This document shows, one piece after another, positions 25,988 through 40,096 of a stretch of 64,000 nt of DNA. Origin of the DNA: the human T2T-CHM13v2.0 reference genome, Homo sapiens; assembly GCF_009914755.1 (NCBI RefSeq), contig NC_060942.1, one strand, 5' to 3'. Every line of letters begins with the position of its first letter. Within the stretch, counting starts at the first letter, position 1. A program made the position numbers and the translations under genes. The notes beneath the pieces are model-generated. The model was not told where the DNA came from. It was given only the letters and a program-made list of their open reading frames with translations, and did not search any database.

Positions 25988-28919
25988 TGATTTCAGGTGA
26001 AAAATGAGGCGCTGAAGGAGCACTGTGTTCCCCACCACCACTCTCCACATTGACACCCCCTGACCCTTTTGATTTTCCTGAGAGGAGATAGAAATCTTCC
26101 TATGCTGTATTCAAGTTCAGGACATAATAAGTTATTTAACATTCCCCTCAGAAACCTGAATTCTACCTAGAAACTCTGAACACAGCTCTGGGACTTCAGC
26201 AGGGCTGAAGTGTGCCCAGACACTTCTGGTGTGTGCCTGCTGGTCCTATAGGATGTGGTGAATCGTATAGGAGAATAAAATGACCCCAGAGAAAGATGTC
26301 AGGGCCAAAAGCCCCTGGAGGGCATGGAGACTCCCTTCCTCTCTCCTGGGTCTCTGGATTAGGATAACAAATAAACTGAATTCATGCAGGAAGTCTGTTT
26401 AACAGTTGGCCTCTGCTCTAGACAACCCAAAGGGCAAATATGAGAAATTAATACTCTTTCCTTTAACAATAAGGCAAACCTTACCTGGCAAGAAATTTTA
26501 TTTCTGACTAAGGATTCCTCAGCCTTTGCTTGGGCTTAGTTTTTTGTTTTTGTTTTTCATTTTAGGGTGTGTGTGTTGGTGGGTGTGTGGATGGGGGGCG
26601 GTTTGCCTTAATACTTTCCTATACATCTCCCCGTCTCCCTTGTTTCAAGACTTTAGGAAAATTCCATAGTTGTCACATCTTTGTGACATCTGTGTCATTG
26701 CATCCTTGTAACTGTCACTTTCTCAACGGACAGTTTTGAAAATATCCTGTGGCATCACTCTTTTGGCAGGGAGCGAGGAGGGATGATTTACCATTTCTAG
26801 AACTTCTGCCTCTCTGAGCCCGACCCAAGGTCTCCAACAGTGATGCAGAGAAGCATTTGCAAAGGTCTGTCGCCTTTCATGGAAGTGCTCTCAGACTCAC
26901 CAGCACTCCCCAAACCTCCTGCAGCTCTCTTAATAAATCAAGTCCTCAGCCCAGTGTCTATTATCAATTGCAGCACCTTCTGGGGTGCATCCTCTGATAC
27001 TAGTAAAATACTCTTTAAAAATGCAAAGGGGCAATATGATGTGGCAACATTTCAGGAAGCCTTAAGCTTAATGACTACTATTAACTATTTAAATTTTTCT
27101 TTCCACTTCTTTTCCTAACTGCAACCTGAATCCTCACTCTTCTTTTTCCAAAACGGAATGTCTCTGAGGGGGAAGTTAGGTCTTTTTCTTTCCCAGGATG
27201 CCTACTGAAACTAGGTTGTGGTCACTCTTGCATGATGGTCACTCTTTTCCAATAACCATTCCAAATCAAGTTTGAGTCTTTACTTGCAGATTCTTAAATA
27301 CTTTTACTTGGAGGTTTAATTTGTTCTATCCGAAAGCCTGACTTGGGCATCTCCTCTGCATGGGCATTTTGCCATCTGTGTGCATCAAGGATTGGTGTCT
27401 CACCAAGGATCCACCTGGGTAGACTTGTGGCTCTGCAGTGCTTATATCCAGCCGAGCCTAAATATCTGGCTTAGCGGTTCTAGAAAATATTCCTATTACC
27501 ATGTGTGACTTTCTGCCCCACGGAGTGGCTGAGTTTGCAGGCTCCTGCCTCCTGGGGCTGCTGGTTCTAGAAAGCGGACTCCCAACCCAGGTAGCTGCCC
27601 ACCAGCTGAATCTGGGGCTGCCGAGAACAGGCACAGCTCTTCCCGAAGCTTTGGCAGTTGACAGTCGCTGCCTCCCCTTCTCAGGAATCCTGTGACTCTT
27701 CTAGCCTTGAGTGCTGTCTGTTTGAAGCCTCACCCTAGAGGGGCTCACCTGCATCTTCCTAGAAGCTGGACCCAGTCCCTGAGTTGCCTTAATGACCGCC
27801 CTCCTGCTCCCTTTGAGTTTCCTGCTCGCCTAGACAGCCTCTCTTTCCACAAAGGGTAACCTCTGCCTCTCCCTCATCTTGGCTGTGCACACCCCTGCTC
27901 CCTCTCCCTGCAGTGTTCTTAGCCAAGTCAAAAACAAAAACAAATAAAAGCCTTACATGGCATTCATCCTGAAGCTTTTCTCCGGAGACTGTCTTTCCTC
28001 CAGGGGAGAAGGGCTACTACGGGCATGTTGGAGGCTCCCGGTAGTTGGAGCTCCGAAGGAGGAGCTCTGCCGTGGGCGTTCAGCTTAACTAGGCTTTCTG
28101 GAACCAAAACAGAGCCTGGCTGCTTCCCAGGCTTCTCCCTACACCCTTAAAGAAGCAAGGTCCTCTCTTTCCTTGAGCACTTCTGGACATATTTGGGAAA
28201 GCAGCATGTTCAGAGATGGCCCTGCCATGGTTTCCCACACACTATCTCATGTCCGCCTTTTTGCTGACCACCCAAAGATAGTTGTTCCTGTTTTCACATC
28301 CAGCCAACCCCTAGTCTAGCATCCTGTACCTGGAGCCTGGGCTCAGGCACCTCCTTCCATCATCACTTCCTCCCTGAGAGTTCTTGGAACTTGCTGAGGA
28401 AGAGGGCAGAGCTTTGGCTAATTGTTCTTTTATCGACAAATTAAGACAAAAAACCCAATGTCCTGTTGCTCCAGAGCTGACCATGGGTGTTGGGGGCATC
28501 CTGGCCCTCCAGAGGTATGCATTTTTTGTTAGTCTGCATGGAAATGTTCCCACTTGAGAACCAGGCACCTAACAGCAGGCACTCAGGAATTACCTGTTTA
28601 AGGAAGTGGATTATATATCAAAGAGAGGCGATAAATATAGGGAAGCTTACACAGTCAATCAGAAAGAGACCATCAGGGACTGGGCTTGTTTCTCAGCCTC
28701 TTCTGTACCTGTGCAGGGTTCAGCATCATGGACCGTCACTGAGAATGTCTTGAGACTCCAGGCAGCAGGGTGGTATCATACCCAAGTCAGCAAGGGGGTC
28801 TCCTGGCTGTGGTGTACTTGTGCCGTGCTGACACTTGGCCATTCCCACATCAGCCTGGGTTCCTGCTTTCCCCTGGCCTTTTCCCTTCCTGAGAAGGAAC
28901 ATGTCAGTCAATCCAGCCT

Positions 28920-29560
28920 GTCATAATGTTCACTCGCCATATCGGTTTGTTTGGCTTAAAGTTAGTTTTTCTGATTCCATATTAAAAATGGATCTTTTTA
29001 TGTTAGATTCTGGGTCACTAATCTTAGTGTCTTTGTTAGAATGTCCTGGACCATTGTATAGAGCTTTTTCTGTACTATTATTCTATTCTGTTCTATTATT
29101 CCAACTATTCTAGGGCCAGTGCTATATAGCTGATAGCTGACTGGGTAGATATTATATCTAACTCTACATTTTAAGAACATGTTTGACACTTTCATACATA
29201 TATTCTTTCATGTTCACTTTAGACATTTTTTTTTCTAACTCCAAAAACAAATCTTATGGGGATTTTGATAGGATTATGTATATGCAAAATAAAGGTAACA
29301 TATCTATTGGACAGCCAATATATGTATTACTTTTATATATATTTTATATATGTAAATATACATGTTACATATATAAATATATATAATTAGATAAGAGATA
29401 ACTACAGCACACTTATGATGTTGAAACTTCTTATCCAGGAACATGAGGTTTCTCATTTATCCAAGTCTTCTTTTATTACTCTCAAGAAAATGTTGTCATT
29501 TTCTTCAGGTAGAAGATACAAGAGGTTTTTTGCTTTGTTTCCTTGTTTGGGTATTTTTGG
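28920..29560 (-). mobile_element. Degraded old L1 fragment
   Basis: Antisense ORF2-like text (gggattttgatagg; ttcttatccaggaacatgagg...tcatttatccaagtcttcttt). Confidence 0.55.
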
Positions 29561-29839
29561 GGGTTGTCTGGTTTCTCATCAATTGCAGAACAACTTTCTG
29601 ATTTCCTACTTAGAGGCATTGCTTCCTCTCCTGTTACTGATACCTGTCTGACCTCTGCCCCGTCACATCTCACTCCCTCTTTCTGGATGCCATCCCCTTC
29701 AAGAAAGGCATTTACATTTTCTAACCTTCACAAGGACCACTCTTTCTTCTCTGACCTCTGCTTTATATCCTCTTCCCATCATTGACCAATTTCCTTATTT
29801 TCAAATTTTAAACCATGGAAAACCACTGTGGCTTTCTGA

Positions 29840-30172
<333 letters not shown>

Positions 30173-32632
30173 AGAAAAGTTCCTTTTAGCAAGAGTAGGA
30201 TGGATGGATGGATGGGTTAGGGAGAGAAGAGATCAGAAGCAGGAGGCGAGTGCTGGGCTGCTCTGAGAAGTGGGGTTCTGGGTGGTCAGGCCTAGGGTGG
30301 AGAGGTGGGAATGGAGAAGTATGGATGGGGATGAGACGCTTTGGGAAGGAAGAGTGGACCACAGTTGCTCTGTCTTAGGACCATGTGGAGGACTAGTGAA
30401 GTTCACTATTGCTGACTTGAGGCTTTGGCTCAGAAGGACAATTCAAATGGATCAGAATAGATGACTGCCAATCCTTAGACATGGATATAGGCACAGAGAG
30501 CTCTGCCTTGCTCTTGTAAGTGCTGCTTTAGATTATTGTCAGAGGGAAGGAGAGAGTTGGACAGCCCTACCCAACCCACTCCCTCATCTTGGGCAGTACT
30601 AACCAGATGACACTTGAGTGTTTAGTAGCATCTGGTGGAGGTTTATTTTGATTATGAAGAACAGCACTTAAAGCACCTTTTTGCTAAAATCTAGAGCTTG
30701 CATAATTCCATTTCAGGTATTCCTTTAATGCTTATTCTTTCCTTCATGATATGGGTGGAAGTGCTCTGCAAATGTGCAGAATCCTCTGTGGGGACAGCTC
30801 TCCCATGATCTTGGGGTGCTCAGTGGCGCACCCCTCCCTGACTTAGAGGGGTGTGTGCAGGCATGTGTGTTGCTGTAAGTTGAGCTCTACTGAGAATGGG
30901 GCCAAGGGCATGTCAGGCTCGGGGCCACCACGTAGGTCTGTGCAAATTGCTTGCTACATGTGGACACTGGCTGCCAGAGATGAGGCTGGAATCTGAGTAG
31001 TGCTTCTCCCCCAAGCTGTTTGCCATGGGGCTGAATCTCAGGGTGATGGCAAGGGGCTTCATTTTGTCATCTGCATAAAGACTCCAGTTGAGCTGGCTGG
31101 GCTCCTAGAGTGATGGGGTTTTGTGGATGAGGGGTTAAGGGCTACTGGTTCCCAGGGAATCCCTGCTGCCATCCTGTGCTCACAAGACACCTGCTACTGC
31201 ACCTCCAGACCCCTATCTCCATTCTAGGCAGGAAGAAGGGGGATGAGCACAAGGCATGGCCCACCAGTTCTATTGCTTTTTAATCAGGAAAACAAAAGCC
31301 AGAACCAAGTCATGGGGCCAGCTTCAGTTGCAGAGGGTCCAGGGAGGGAATTGATTTAATGGACACATTGCCAGCCTGAAAAAAATCAGAGTCCTGTTGC
31401 TGAGTGGGGAAGAGGGCATGGATTTGGGGTAGGTGCCCAGCAGTGCCCGGAGAAGCAGGCCTCCAGCACCACAGTATTGGCATTGCTAGTTGTAACATCC
31501 TTCTTTGTTGCCTGTATTTAACATTCTGTCAAACTTTTCTCATTCCTTTAGCATTCCACACACAACATAAAATTAGATTTAAAAGTTAAATTGAGAATTT
31601 CCAGGGACTCCTGATAAGTTTCTTAGGTCAACTACGTAGAACAGAACACTTTCCCTGAAGAGTGGGGAGGCATGTATGCCACGTGTCCCTGGGAGCCCAG
31701 TGTTCAAAGCTGACAACCCTACCCACAGGAATTGCCCCTCCTGATCACCAGGATCCAAAACAGCTGGGATGTTTTCAGTTGTTGTTGTTGGGTTTTTTTT
31801 TTTTTAAATGAAGAAGTTTGAGTTTATTCCCAACTGCATATTTAAGGATCTAAAATAGAAATTTAGCAACTAAGTCTGGGAGGTTCCAGGAGGACTTAAG
31901 CTGGGCTTGAGCCTGTTTCTCCTCGATGCCTCACGGTCCCTGGGGCTACAGCAGAACAGTTTCTCTAGATGGCTTGGCTGCTCCCAGCCCTAGCCAGGGC
32001 CCCTGCTTTAGAGAACAAGGTGAGGCCTCAGTGCAGGAGATCAGATGATGAGTGGCAGTCAGTTGCTCAGTGGGAACCTGCCTGCACAGTGTGGTTGAAG
32101 CTGCTTGGCTGGGTCAGCAGGTCCTCTGGGATGTGGCCCCATCAAACTTCCAGTCTCATCCCTGACAGTTTTTAACAACCTAGACAAAGCCACTTCTTAT
32201 CTCCTGAAGGTCTTCTGTCCCCAGACTAGATCCTAGACATTCTTTAGGGCCTAGCCCAAGGGTCAGCCCTTCCAGACCCTGAGCCCCTCCACCACCAGGT
32301 GAGTTACAGTTGCTCTGCTGTTGAGCTCCCTCAACAACAGAGGGTGCAGCACACCCCATTACTGTGCTGAATGTGTCTTCAGGAGATCCACAGTGCCTCA
32401 TTCATCTTTGTTACTCTAGACTTGTTACATGAGTCAAAATAGCCATCCTCCCAAGTGTGTTTGCCTCAAAGGAAACCTGAGCAAGAGCAGGGAGCTTGTG
32501 GAGCCAAGTCTTCTCCCACCTGCCCCCAGGTGCCACCTGCACCCAACTTCCTGAGAGCTGAAGAGGAAAGCTGGGGGCCTTGTGGTCACAGCTCTGGCCA
32601 GTGACAGGGTTGACTCATCACCCCACAGACAC

Positions 32633-33006
32633 TGTCTTAGTTTGCTAAGGCTGCCATAATAAAATACCACACACAGGTGACCTAAACAGCAGAAATTTAT
32701 TTCTCACAGTTCTGGAGGCTGGGAACTCCAGATCAAGGTACTGGCCAGTTAGGTTTCTAGTGAGGGCACTTTTCTTGGCTTGTAAGCAGCCACCTTCTTG
32801 CTGTGTCTTCAAGCAGCAGAGGGAGAGAACTAGTAGCACTCTGGTCTTTTCTTATAATGACACCAGTCCCGTCATGAGGATCCCACCCTCGTGACCTCAT
32901 CTAAACCTAAGTATCTCTAAAGGCCCTACCTCCAAATATCATCACTTTGGGGGTTAGGGCTTCAACTTATGAATTTTGAGGGGACATAAACATTCAGCTT
33001 ATAACA
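32633..33006 (-). mobile_element. MLT1A-like solo LTR
   Basis: tgtcttagtttgctaagggctgccataataaaatacc...tttctcacagttctggaggctgg...ggggacataaacattcagcttataaca. Confidence 0.88.
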
Positions 33007-33845
33007 CGTGCTTGCCAAGCTCCCATCTTTTGCTAATTCTGGGCTGGCTGCAGAGATAGGTGAAGCCCAGGACCTGCCTCTGAGGACCACACAGGCCACC
33101 TGGGAAGCCACACATAAAAGGGCTTTGAGAATGCCAGGACACTTCTTATTCCCTGCTCTCCTTCTAGGCCTCTAAGCTGGTTCGTCCCCTATTCATCCTC
33201 ACCAGTGCATGCCCTTTCCTTTCTTTTCCTTGGAAGGCTCCTCTTCATTCATCTACCAGGCAGCTGCACAGAGGCCTAAGTGCACAGGAAAGGTGGAGGT
33301 GCTCTGGTATAAGGGGCATGGAATGTTTGAATGGCAAGGTGAGGGCTTTGAGACAGTACAGCTGTAGATCTGGAGGGGCTGACAGGCCAATGGTGCTGTA
33401 TTCTCCTTATTGATCCTCTCTTCTCAGCATGTAAACCAGCTCTCTCTGGGCACGCACCATATGTATGAAGGCCAACCAAGACATTCGGACACCTCAAAGC
33501 CCACAAGAAAGGAATTCTGAAAGGTTTTGATTTTGTTTTCACTGCTTCTATGGAAAAAACAGATTTTTTTTTCTTGCAAAATATCACATTTTCCCAATTG
33601 AAGGAAAATCCATTTTATTTTTGTATGTGTCTGACTCTTGAAGTTCTGTTGCTGACCCAAGCTTGGCAGCATCTCAGAACTAATCCCTGATACTTTCTGT
33701 GCTGAACAGTAGCCAGTCCTTCTCTGAGCTGAACTGGGGCCATTTGTTTTCATCTCTAAATAAGTAGTGAGTGCTTTTAATAATGAAATGCAGAAAGGAC
33801 CCAAGATGATGCATTAATCTTGGATTCTCCTTTTTTATCACTAAG

Positions 33846-34004
33846 AAAACTGCTGCAGATGGAAAAAGGCAAGAGATCATTGTTCTGGATTCCAAGAGGA
33901 GTAACGCCATCAATATTGGTCTGACGGTGCTGCCCCCTCCAAGGACGATTAAGATCGCCATTTTGAATTTTGATGAGTATGCCTTAAACAAAGAAGGAAT
34001 CGAG
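33846..34004 (+). CDS. FHOD3: FHOD3 coding exon (~exon 20), FH2 knob
   Basis: Acceptor ttttttatcactAAG, donor GAG|GTGAGG; 159 nt, phase 0-0; [53 protein letters not shown], including the conserved FH2 LDxKRxxxxNI motif. Confidence 0.96.
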
Positions 34005-35099
34005 GTGAGGGAAGCTCTATTAAGCATTATTTGTATTTTATCTTATACTGCATGTATAATATGCTGCATGTCCACATTTCAAAAGATCCATGGTGCCTTT
34101 CTGTCTCAACTAGACTCTGAATAAGGTTAATAATTCTTACACGTGTTAAACTTTTTGAGGGGAGGGGGAGTCTCACTTTGCCTATGAAGTTCAGCAATCT
34201 TCACTCAGGTTCATTTACCAGTCTGCCTCTGACCACATTCTGCCTACCTCAAAATGGAAGAAGACTATGATAACCTCCTTGGGAAGCCACTAGGGTCTTG
34301 TTTCATGTCATTTTAAACCACGTATGTTTAAAAAACCATACCTTTCAAAGGTAGGGTTTTCAGTACATGTGCACATCCATGTAAGAACTTTCTCTCTTGG
34401 CATTTGTTGGGGTACAGAGAGACATATTTCATTTGATAAGCCAGAGAGCTCAAGCCAGCTGAAGCTTTAGCATTTGTTGATCTGAATGTCACAAAGTAGA
34501 GAGACACTGGGTGGCATGGCTGTGACCGCACAGCTGGTAGCTGGAGACAGGGTTCACCTGCAGGGCCTGGGTTCATGTTCTTCCACAGGCCACGTTCTCC
34601 CTCCACTGTGGGTTGGTGCCAGTTTAGCAGGTTAAATCTCTTATTATAATAATGAAAAGAGTGAGCAGAGCCGATGTGTCCCACCCACCAATTCCTACAG
34701 AAGGGTATTATAGCTTGGGGGCCCACTGGGTCAGAGTGGGGATCTGGGGACACTGCTTTGTGGCATTGGGTGGCACCTAACCCATCCTCCTATTGGCAGG
34801 GGGCCCCAGACTCCTTTAAAGCCTCTCTGTGATTGGGGTTCATCTTCTTGTTTGAGACACTTGGGCATGGACAGAACCAATGATGCCTGACTCCAGAGAG
34901 GGAGAGCAAGCCTTCTATAGAAAAGTTGAGAGTGAGGAAGGGCCTGGGCCTCTGGCCAGAATCACCCATGGCCCTGGGAATGGGAGGGAGCAGTGGGCAC
35001 ACAGTACGTAGAGGGGTCTGCACCCAACCCACTAGGCATGCCTTCATGCTTTGGAAGGAAGGGACCTTCATAGGAAAAGCCATTACTAGAGGCCTGAAC

Positions 35100-35561
35100 T
35101 GCATTGAATAGTGGACCCCCAAATTCATGCCCACCCAGGATGTGACCTTATTTGGAAAAAGGGTCTTGTACATGTAATCAAGTTAAGATGAGGTCATACT
35201 GGATTCAGGTGGGCTCTAAATCCAATGACTGGTATCCTTATAAGAAGAGGGAAGTTTGAACACAGAGAGGAGAGTGCTATTTGAAGACAGAGAACACACA
35301 GGTATACAGAATGCCATGTGATGACGGAGGTGGAAATTAGAGTGATGTTTTTAAAAGCCAAAGAATACCAAGGATCGTGGACAACCACCAGCACTGGGAA
35401 GAAGCAAAGTTCATCCCCTGGGGCCTTCAGAGACAGTATGGTCCTGCTGACACCTTGATTTTGGACTTCCAGATTCTAGAACTGTGGGAGAATGCATTTC
35501 TGTTGTTTAAGCCACCCAGTTTGTGGCGTTTTATTATGGCACCCCTAGAAAACCTATATAA
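35100..35561 (+). mobile_element. MLT1B/C-like solo LTR
   Basis: gatgtgaccttatttggaaa...taagatgaggtcatactggatt...ctgctgacaccttgattttggacttcc...aagccacccagtttgtgg. Confidence 0.88.
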
Positions 35562-35707
35562 GGCTCAAGTAGCTCTACTCTGAGAAACATACACCCCCTG
35601 TTCCAGGAACAGGTACAATAAGGGAAATGCACTTCTTTCCTGGCAGAAGAAGTTGTTCCCTGAGCTCTGGAGCCAAGCCAGGCAGCAAAGCCAGTCAGCA
35701 TATCCAG

Positions 35708-35806
35708 GTGTGTTCTCTGTCTTCAAACAGCATTCTCCTCTGTGTTCAAACTTCCTTCTTCTTATAAGGATACCAGTCATTGGACTTAGGGCCCACTCGA
35801 ATCCAG
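35708..35806 (-). repeat. Inverted duplicate of 35199-35299
   Basis: The reverse complement matches 35199-35299 with 7 substitutions and one 2-nt gap by hand alignment. Confidence 0.92.
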
Positions 35807-36037
35807 GAATCCAGCCTATCGAAAGAGTGAGGGCACACGGCAGACCGGAGCAGGGGACATGAAGGAGTGAGTGGGCGACAGCTGGGAGATACAGAGAGAG
35901 AGACTGAGGCAGTTGCCAGATCGCAGGAAGGGGCAGGCCAGGCCTCAGTGTGATGCATCCCACTCTGGGACCCTCCTAGAGGAACAAAGGATGAGCAGGG
36001 CAGTGGCCTGCTGTTGGGTGGACCTGGATGTACCAAG

Positions 36038-36515
36038 TGCAAAGCGTGTCCCCGCAGACCCTAACCCAGTGACGGATGAGAGACTTACACTGACATAGAT
36101 ATTTTGTCTGTCAGTGCGGCTAAGGGGCTTCTGCTCCTGAATCTGCAGCATCTGCCCCATAAGCCAGTGAAGTTTGCATTTATTTAGTACGGATTAAATG
36201 ACAAAGGTCTTGAGTAAATACCACTAGAGGGAAATTAACATTGCCGACCTCCCAGTAGAGAGCAATCATGCACCCACAGATAATCAAGGGTTGGTCTTAG
36301 GACCACATGAGTAAACAAGCTGTTTAGATAAACTCCCCCACATTCCCTTGTTATTTGCTCTTTTGCTGTCAACTCAAGGTAGAGAGGATTAAGCTGCTTT
36401 CAGCCAAATCTTTTACTGGAGCTATGCAACCCCCCTGGCCTTCCAAGAAGGTTTGCTTCTCTTTTCTATAATATCCTCTTACAATTTTTCCCACCACCCT
36501 GACTGAACTCCCACA
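36038..36515 (-). mobile_element. LTR22-family (HERV-K22/HML-5) LTR
   Basis: The reverse complement starts tgtgggagttcagtcagggtggtgggaaaaattgtaag and contains aaatctttt/ggtcttaggaccacatgagtaaacaagc, typical of LTR22; no clear TSD. Confidence 0.8.
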
Positions 36516-37449
36516 TCTCTCCTCTAGGGGAGATAAGGCAGTGGCTCTTGGGCCATCCTATTTACACAACAAGGTCCTTTAGAGAGCACAAAAGCTTCAG
36601 ATTCATACGGAGAGAGGCTACAAAGATAGCCAGAGCCAGCCTGATTAAAAGAATAGATGGACAACTACCCCTTTAAAAATATTTCTCCTCCTTGTCATGA
36701 GAACTTGAAAGTCCCTCAGGAGAAATTTATTCCTTTGGTTTTGCCTTTGTTCTTTCCTGAAATGCAACTCTCCCCAGGTGGGGAAAGTTTCAGATACAAT
36801 AAGTTACTCAGATTCTAGAATGAACCAAATTATTATTTTTTCTTGTCTGGCTGGTTTCCAGTTGAGCACCCTTTTGATCCAGGAAGGAATAATTACAGCT
36901 ATGACGCTGACGGATATGGGAGTAGCAGCACAGCACCAAATCTGACTTTCATAGGATTTTTACTGTGGGCCAGACACCAGGTAGGCGCCTGCCACAGATT
37001 CTCCTCAAAGCTTATGAGGTACATATGCTCCCCAACGTGAAGAAGAATGGGAGTCCCAGCATTAGTGTGTGCCCAGGCTCCCAAGCCAGTGAGCCAGAGA
37101 GCCGGGGAGCGGGGACACAAGCTCTGAAGCTTGAATCCAGAATGCAGGCTGCGGTTTTGTGGGGTGGCTGGCCCTGGAGGGGCCCTCCAGGCCTGGGTTT
37201 GTGTGCTGCAGAGAATAAGAGGGAATCTGAAAGGGGAGGGAGAGACATGTATGCAGCAGCGCAGCCCTCTTCACTGTGCTGCCTACATTTGCTACCCAGG
37301 AGTAGCTGACTTACAGAGCAATTTGAAGTGAGGAGACACAGCCACAGGAAACACTGGTAGCCCTTACTGAGATTTTATTGCATCGTGAGTCCTCAGTAAA
37401 TTCATAGTCACAACGACACAGAGTTACATTTTTACTTTCTCTTCTAAAG

Positions 37450-37659
37450 CAGGTTTCTCAACTTCAATGCTACTGGCATTTTGGGTTAGACAGTGCTTTG
37501 TTGTAGGAGGCTGTCCTGTGCATTATAGGATGTTTAGCACATCCCTGGCCTCTACCCATTAGATGCCAGTAACACCTACCCTCCCCCCACAACCAAAACT
37601 GTCTCCATACATTGTCACATGCCCCCTAGGAGCAAAATCACCCTGGTTGAGAGCCCCTG
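37450..37659 (-). mobile_element. MER20
   Basis: caggtttctcaac...gctgtcctgtgcattataggatgtttagca...ggttgagagcccctg; TSD ttctaaag/atctaaag. Confidence 0.9.
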
Positions 37660-39230
37660 ATCTAAAGGCTGCCTGTGTGAATCCAGAGACTGTGTAGATC
37701 TCTCAGCACTTCCCAGTCACAGCTGTGAAGACTCCAGTCGAAACCCCTCTTGGAGAATGTGGCATCCAGGGCACTCTCAGGCATCACCTACTATCTTGGG
37801 CCATTGATCTCAGGGACCTGAGAGGCAGAGATGATCTAGATCCATGTGCCAAACCAATACCCAGAGCTTGTTCTCTAGGCTTGTTCAAGAGTTAAATCAG
37901 GACTCAGAAGAGATGCAATTGGGTACATACAGATCTTTGTTAATGAGATTTCCGGCTTGCACCCAGAGGGCCTTTAGCCAAACTGTCTGCTTCTCGGATG
38001 CAAGCACTGTAGCCTGGCACCATGGCTTAACGGGGTCGTTTGAAAGCTCTGTGTACCTAAATGTAATTAGAATGTTTTCATCCTGTGGCTTTGCTTAGCA
38101 ACCCAGTGGTATGTATCCAGGTTTGTCATGAAAACCTGAAAGAGTAGTTAACTTCATTAAGGAAGTCATTTTTCATAAGAGTATTAAACCAGAAAATCAT
38201 TTTGCAGCCATCTCTAAGTAGCATTAATGATATTTCCCCAAGTAAAATGGCATCAAATTATCATAAATGGAAGTATGACGATTTTTATTTTCTTTTCCTT
38301 TCTTCTCTTAATTTTATAGAGTCTGTGTCTACTCAGAGGGTAGCACAATTGAATGGTCCCAAACAGCTTGGCCCAACTTGGCTGCCAGTCCAATCAGCAT
38401 CCTAGAAACAGAAGTTTTCTTTGGCCACAGATAAAAAATGACAGCATCTTTGAAAGCAGTTTAACCTGTACAGTTCCTGTCCACAGGTGCCCAGCTGCGC
38501 AGGTGCTGGATACACACAGAGGAACCTGACCACAGAGAGTCACAGTTGACTTAGCAGTGCCAGGGAACCAGAATATCTTGATGACTGAGTGGCTTAGCTG
38601 CACTGTTAATTTGCATTTATGGTTGAATTTATTCACTATTAATTTGAATCCCTATGAACTATGGAGCTAGTGCTAGAAACTAGAGGTAGCCCCTGGGTTC
38701 TTCTCTAGCTCCGCCTTGGTGGATCCAGCTTAGCTTCAGGCAAATCATTTTGTCTGTGTTTGATACAATAATTTCTGCCCTAAAGTGCCTCAATGAATAA
38801 TCATAAGAATGAAAGAAGATACTATCAAGATGCTTTAAAAAGTTTTTTTTTTTAAGTTGCTACAGGAAAGTAACTACCTGGATAGAACACTATTTTCTCA
38901 TGCAAATATGCATATTGTATGCAAACCAGACATAGCCCTCAGGGCTTCAACTTTCAACTTTGGTCACCAAAATCCTTGTGGCAGATGCTTATACAAAGCT
39001 GTAGCCAGTGTTCTGTTTAAAACTCACAGGGCAAAAGGATTACTCATTATAGTTTCATGTGCAGGTAGAAGAAATGGCCAAACCCAATAGTATTGGCGTC
39101 TATTTTTAAAAAGGGATTTCTGCATTTTTCTCCAAAATACATGACTTTCAGATACAAAAGCAAATATACTTAGAGCAATGCTGGAGAGACGCTGTCTAGG
39201 CAAACGCTAAAAACATGGAAGTTATCACAT

Positions 39231-40096
39231 TGAAACAGGAAATTTTCTGTGACCCCTTCACGGGCCTTGTGATGGGGGTGCCTCACTTACTCAGCTTGCA
39301 GCTCTCAACCCCTCTAGGGAGTGGGAGCACACAGGTGAGTGAGTGCAGGAGCTGGGGCAAGTGCTTCTGGGCACCAGCAGGAGCAAAACTCCGTGTGGGC
39401 CCTGCAGTGGTGTCTGGCAGGGAGTACCCGCAACCCCTGACACCCCACAGGGCATGTGTACAGTGTGCACTGTTAGCTTTGCCATCATGGATGGCTTAAA
39501 TGTTAACTCAGTTGGCCCTCTGCCTTTTCATGTGAGGTGGTTGCTCTCCACCAGTGAGGGCAGAGGGTCAGTGTGACAGCCTTTAGCGCCCGCATCTATG
39601 GCACCAGAGCTCTTGTTTAGCGTCCAGAAAAAATCAGGTCACATAAACGAATTGAAAGATGGTGAATACAGAGGGTTTCATTGCCAGTGAAAGTGGCTCT
39701 CAGCAAGAAGGAGAGCTGGAAAGGGGATGGAATGGGAAAGTAATCTTCCCCCAGAGTCTGGCCATCCCCAGCTGCACTCCTCTTTGAAGCAATGCTGTCA
39801 AGCCATCCCTCTGAAGTCAAGCTGCCTCTCTCTGACATCAAACGACAATCTCTGATGTCCTGCTGCTTCTCCTCTTCTCCCCTTCTCTGCTCTCTGCCAG
39901 TGGAGCCTGGGGTTTTTATGGGTACAGGATGGGGGTGGGGCAGACCAGGAGTGGTTTTGGAAAAGGCAACACTCGAGTGGGAAAATAGGGATGTAAAGTT
40001 CTCACTTTGGGCCACAGTTCCAGGCTTGAGGGTGGGGCCTTTGCCAGGCACCCCACCCTTTTCTGCCTAGAATTTCTCTGCTTCCTATCCCTATCA
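39231..40096 (-). mobile_element. ERV1 solo LTR, LTR1/LTR28-like
   Basis: TG...CA termini with 4-bp TSD acat; ggcttgagggtggggcctttgcc and gggtttttatgggtacaggatgggg motifs of the LTR1/28 family. Confidence 0.82.

Noticed and set aside
27180-27215. Strong-looking acceptor tctttttctttcccAG (similar ones near 1545, 8216 and 11611)
   Set aside because: No convincing paired donor or FHOD-like coding sequence; such cryptic acceptors are common.
36221-36234. CTCF-like motifs (also near 8761, 58028 and 62833)
   Set aside because: Each misses key consensus positions; cannot be supported without ChIP data.
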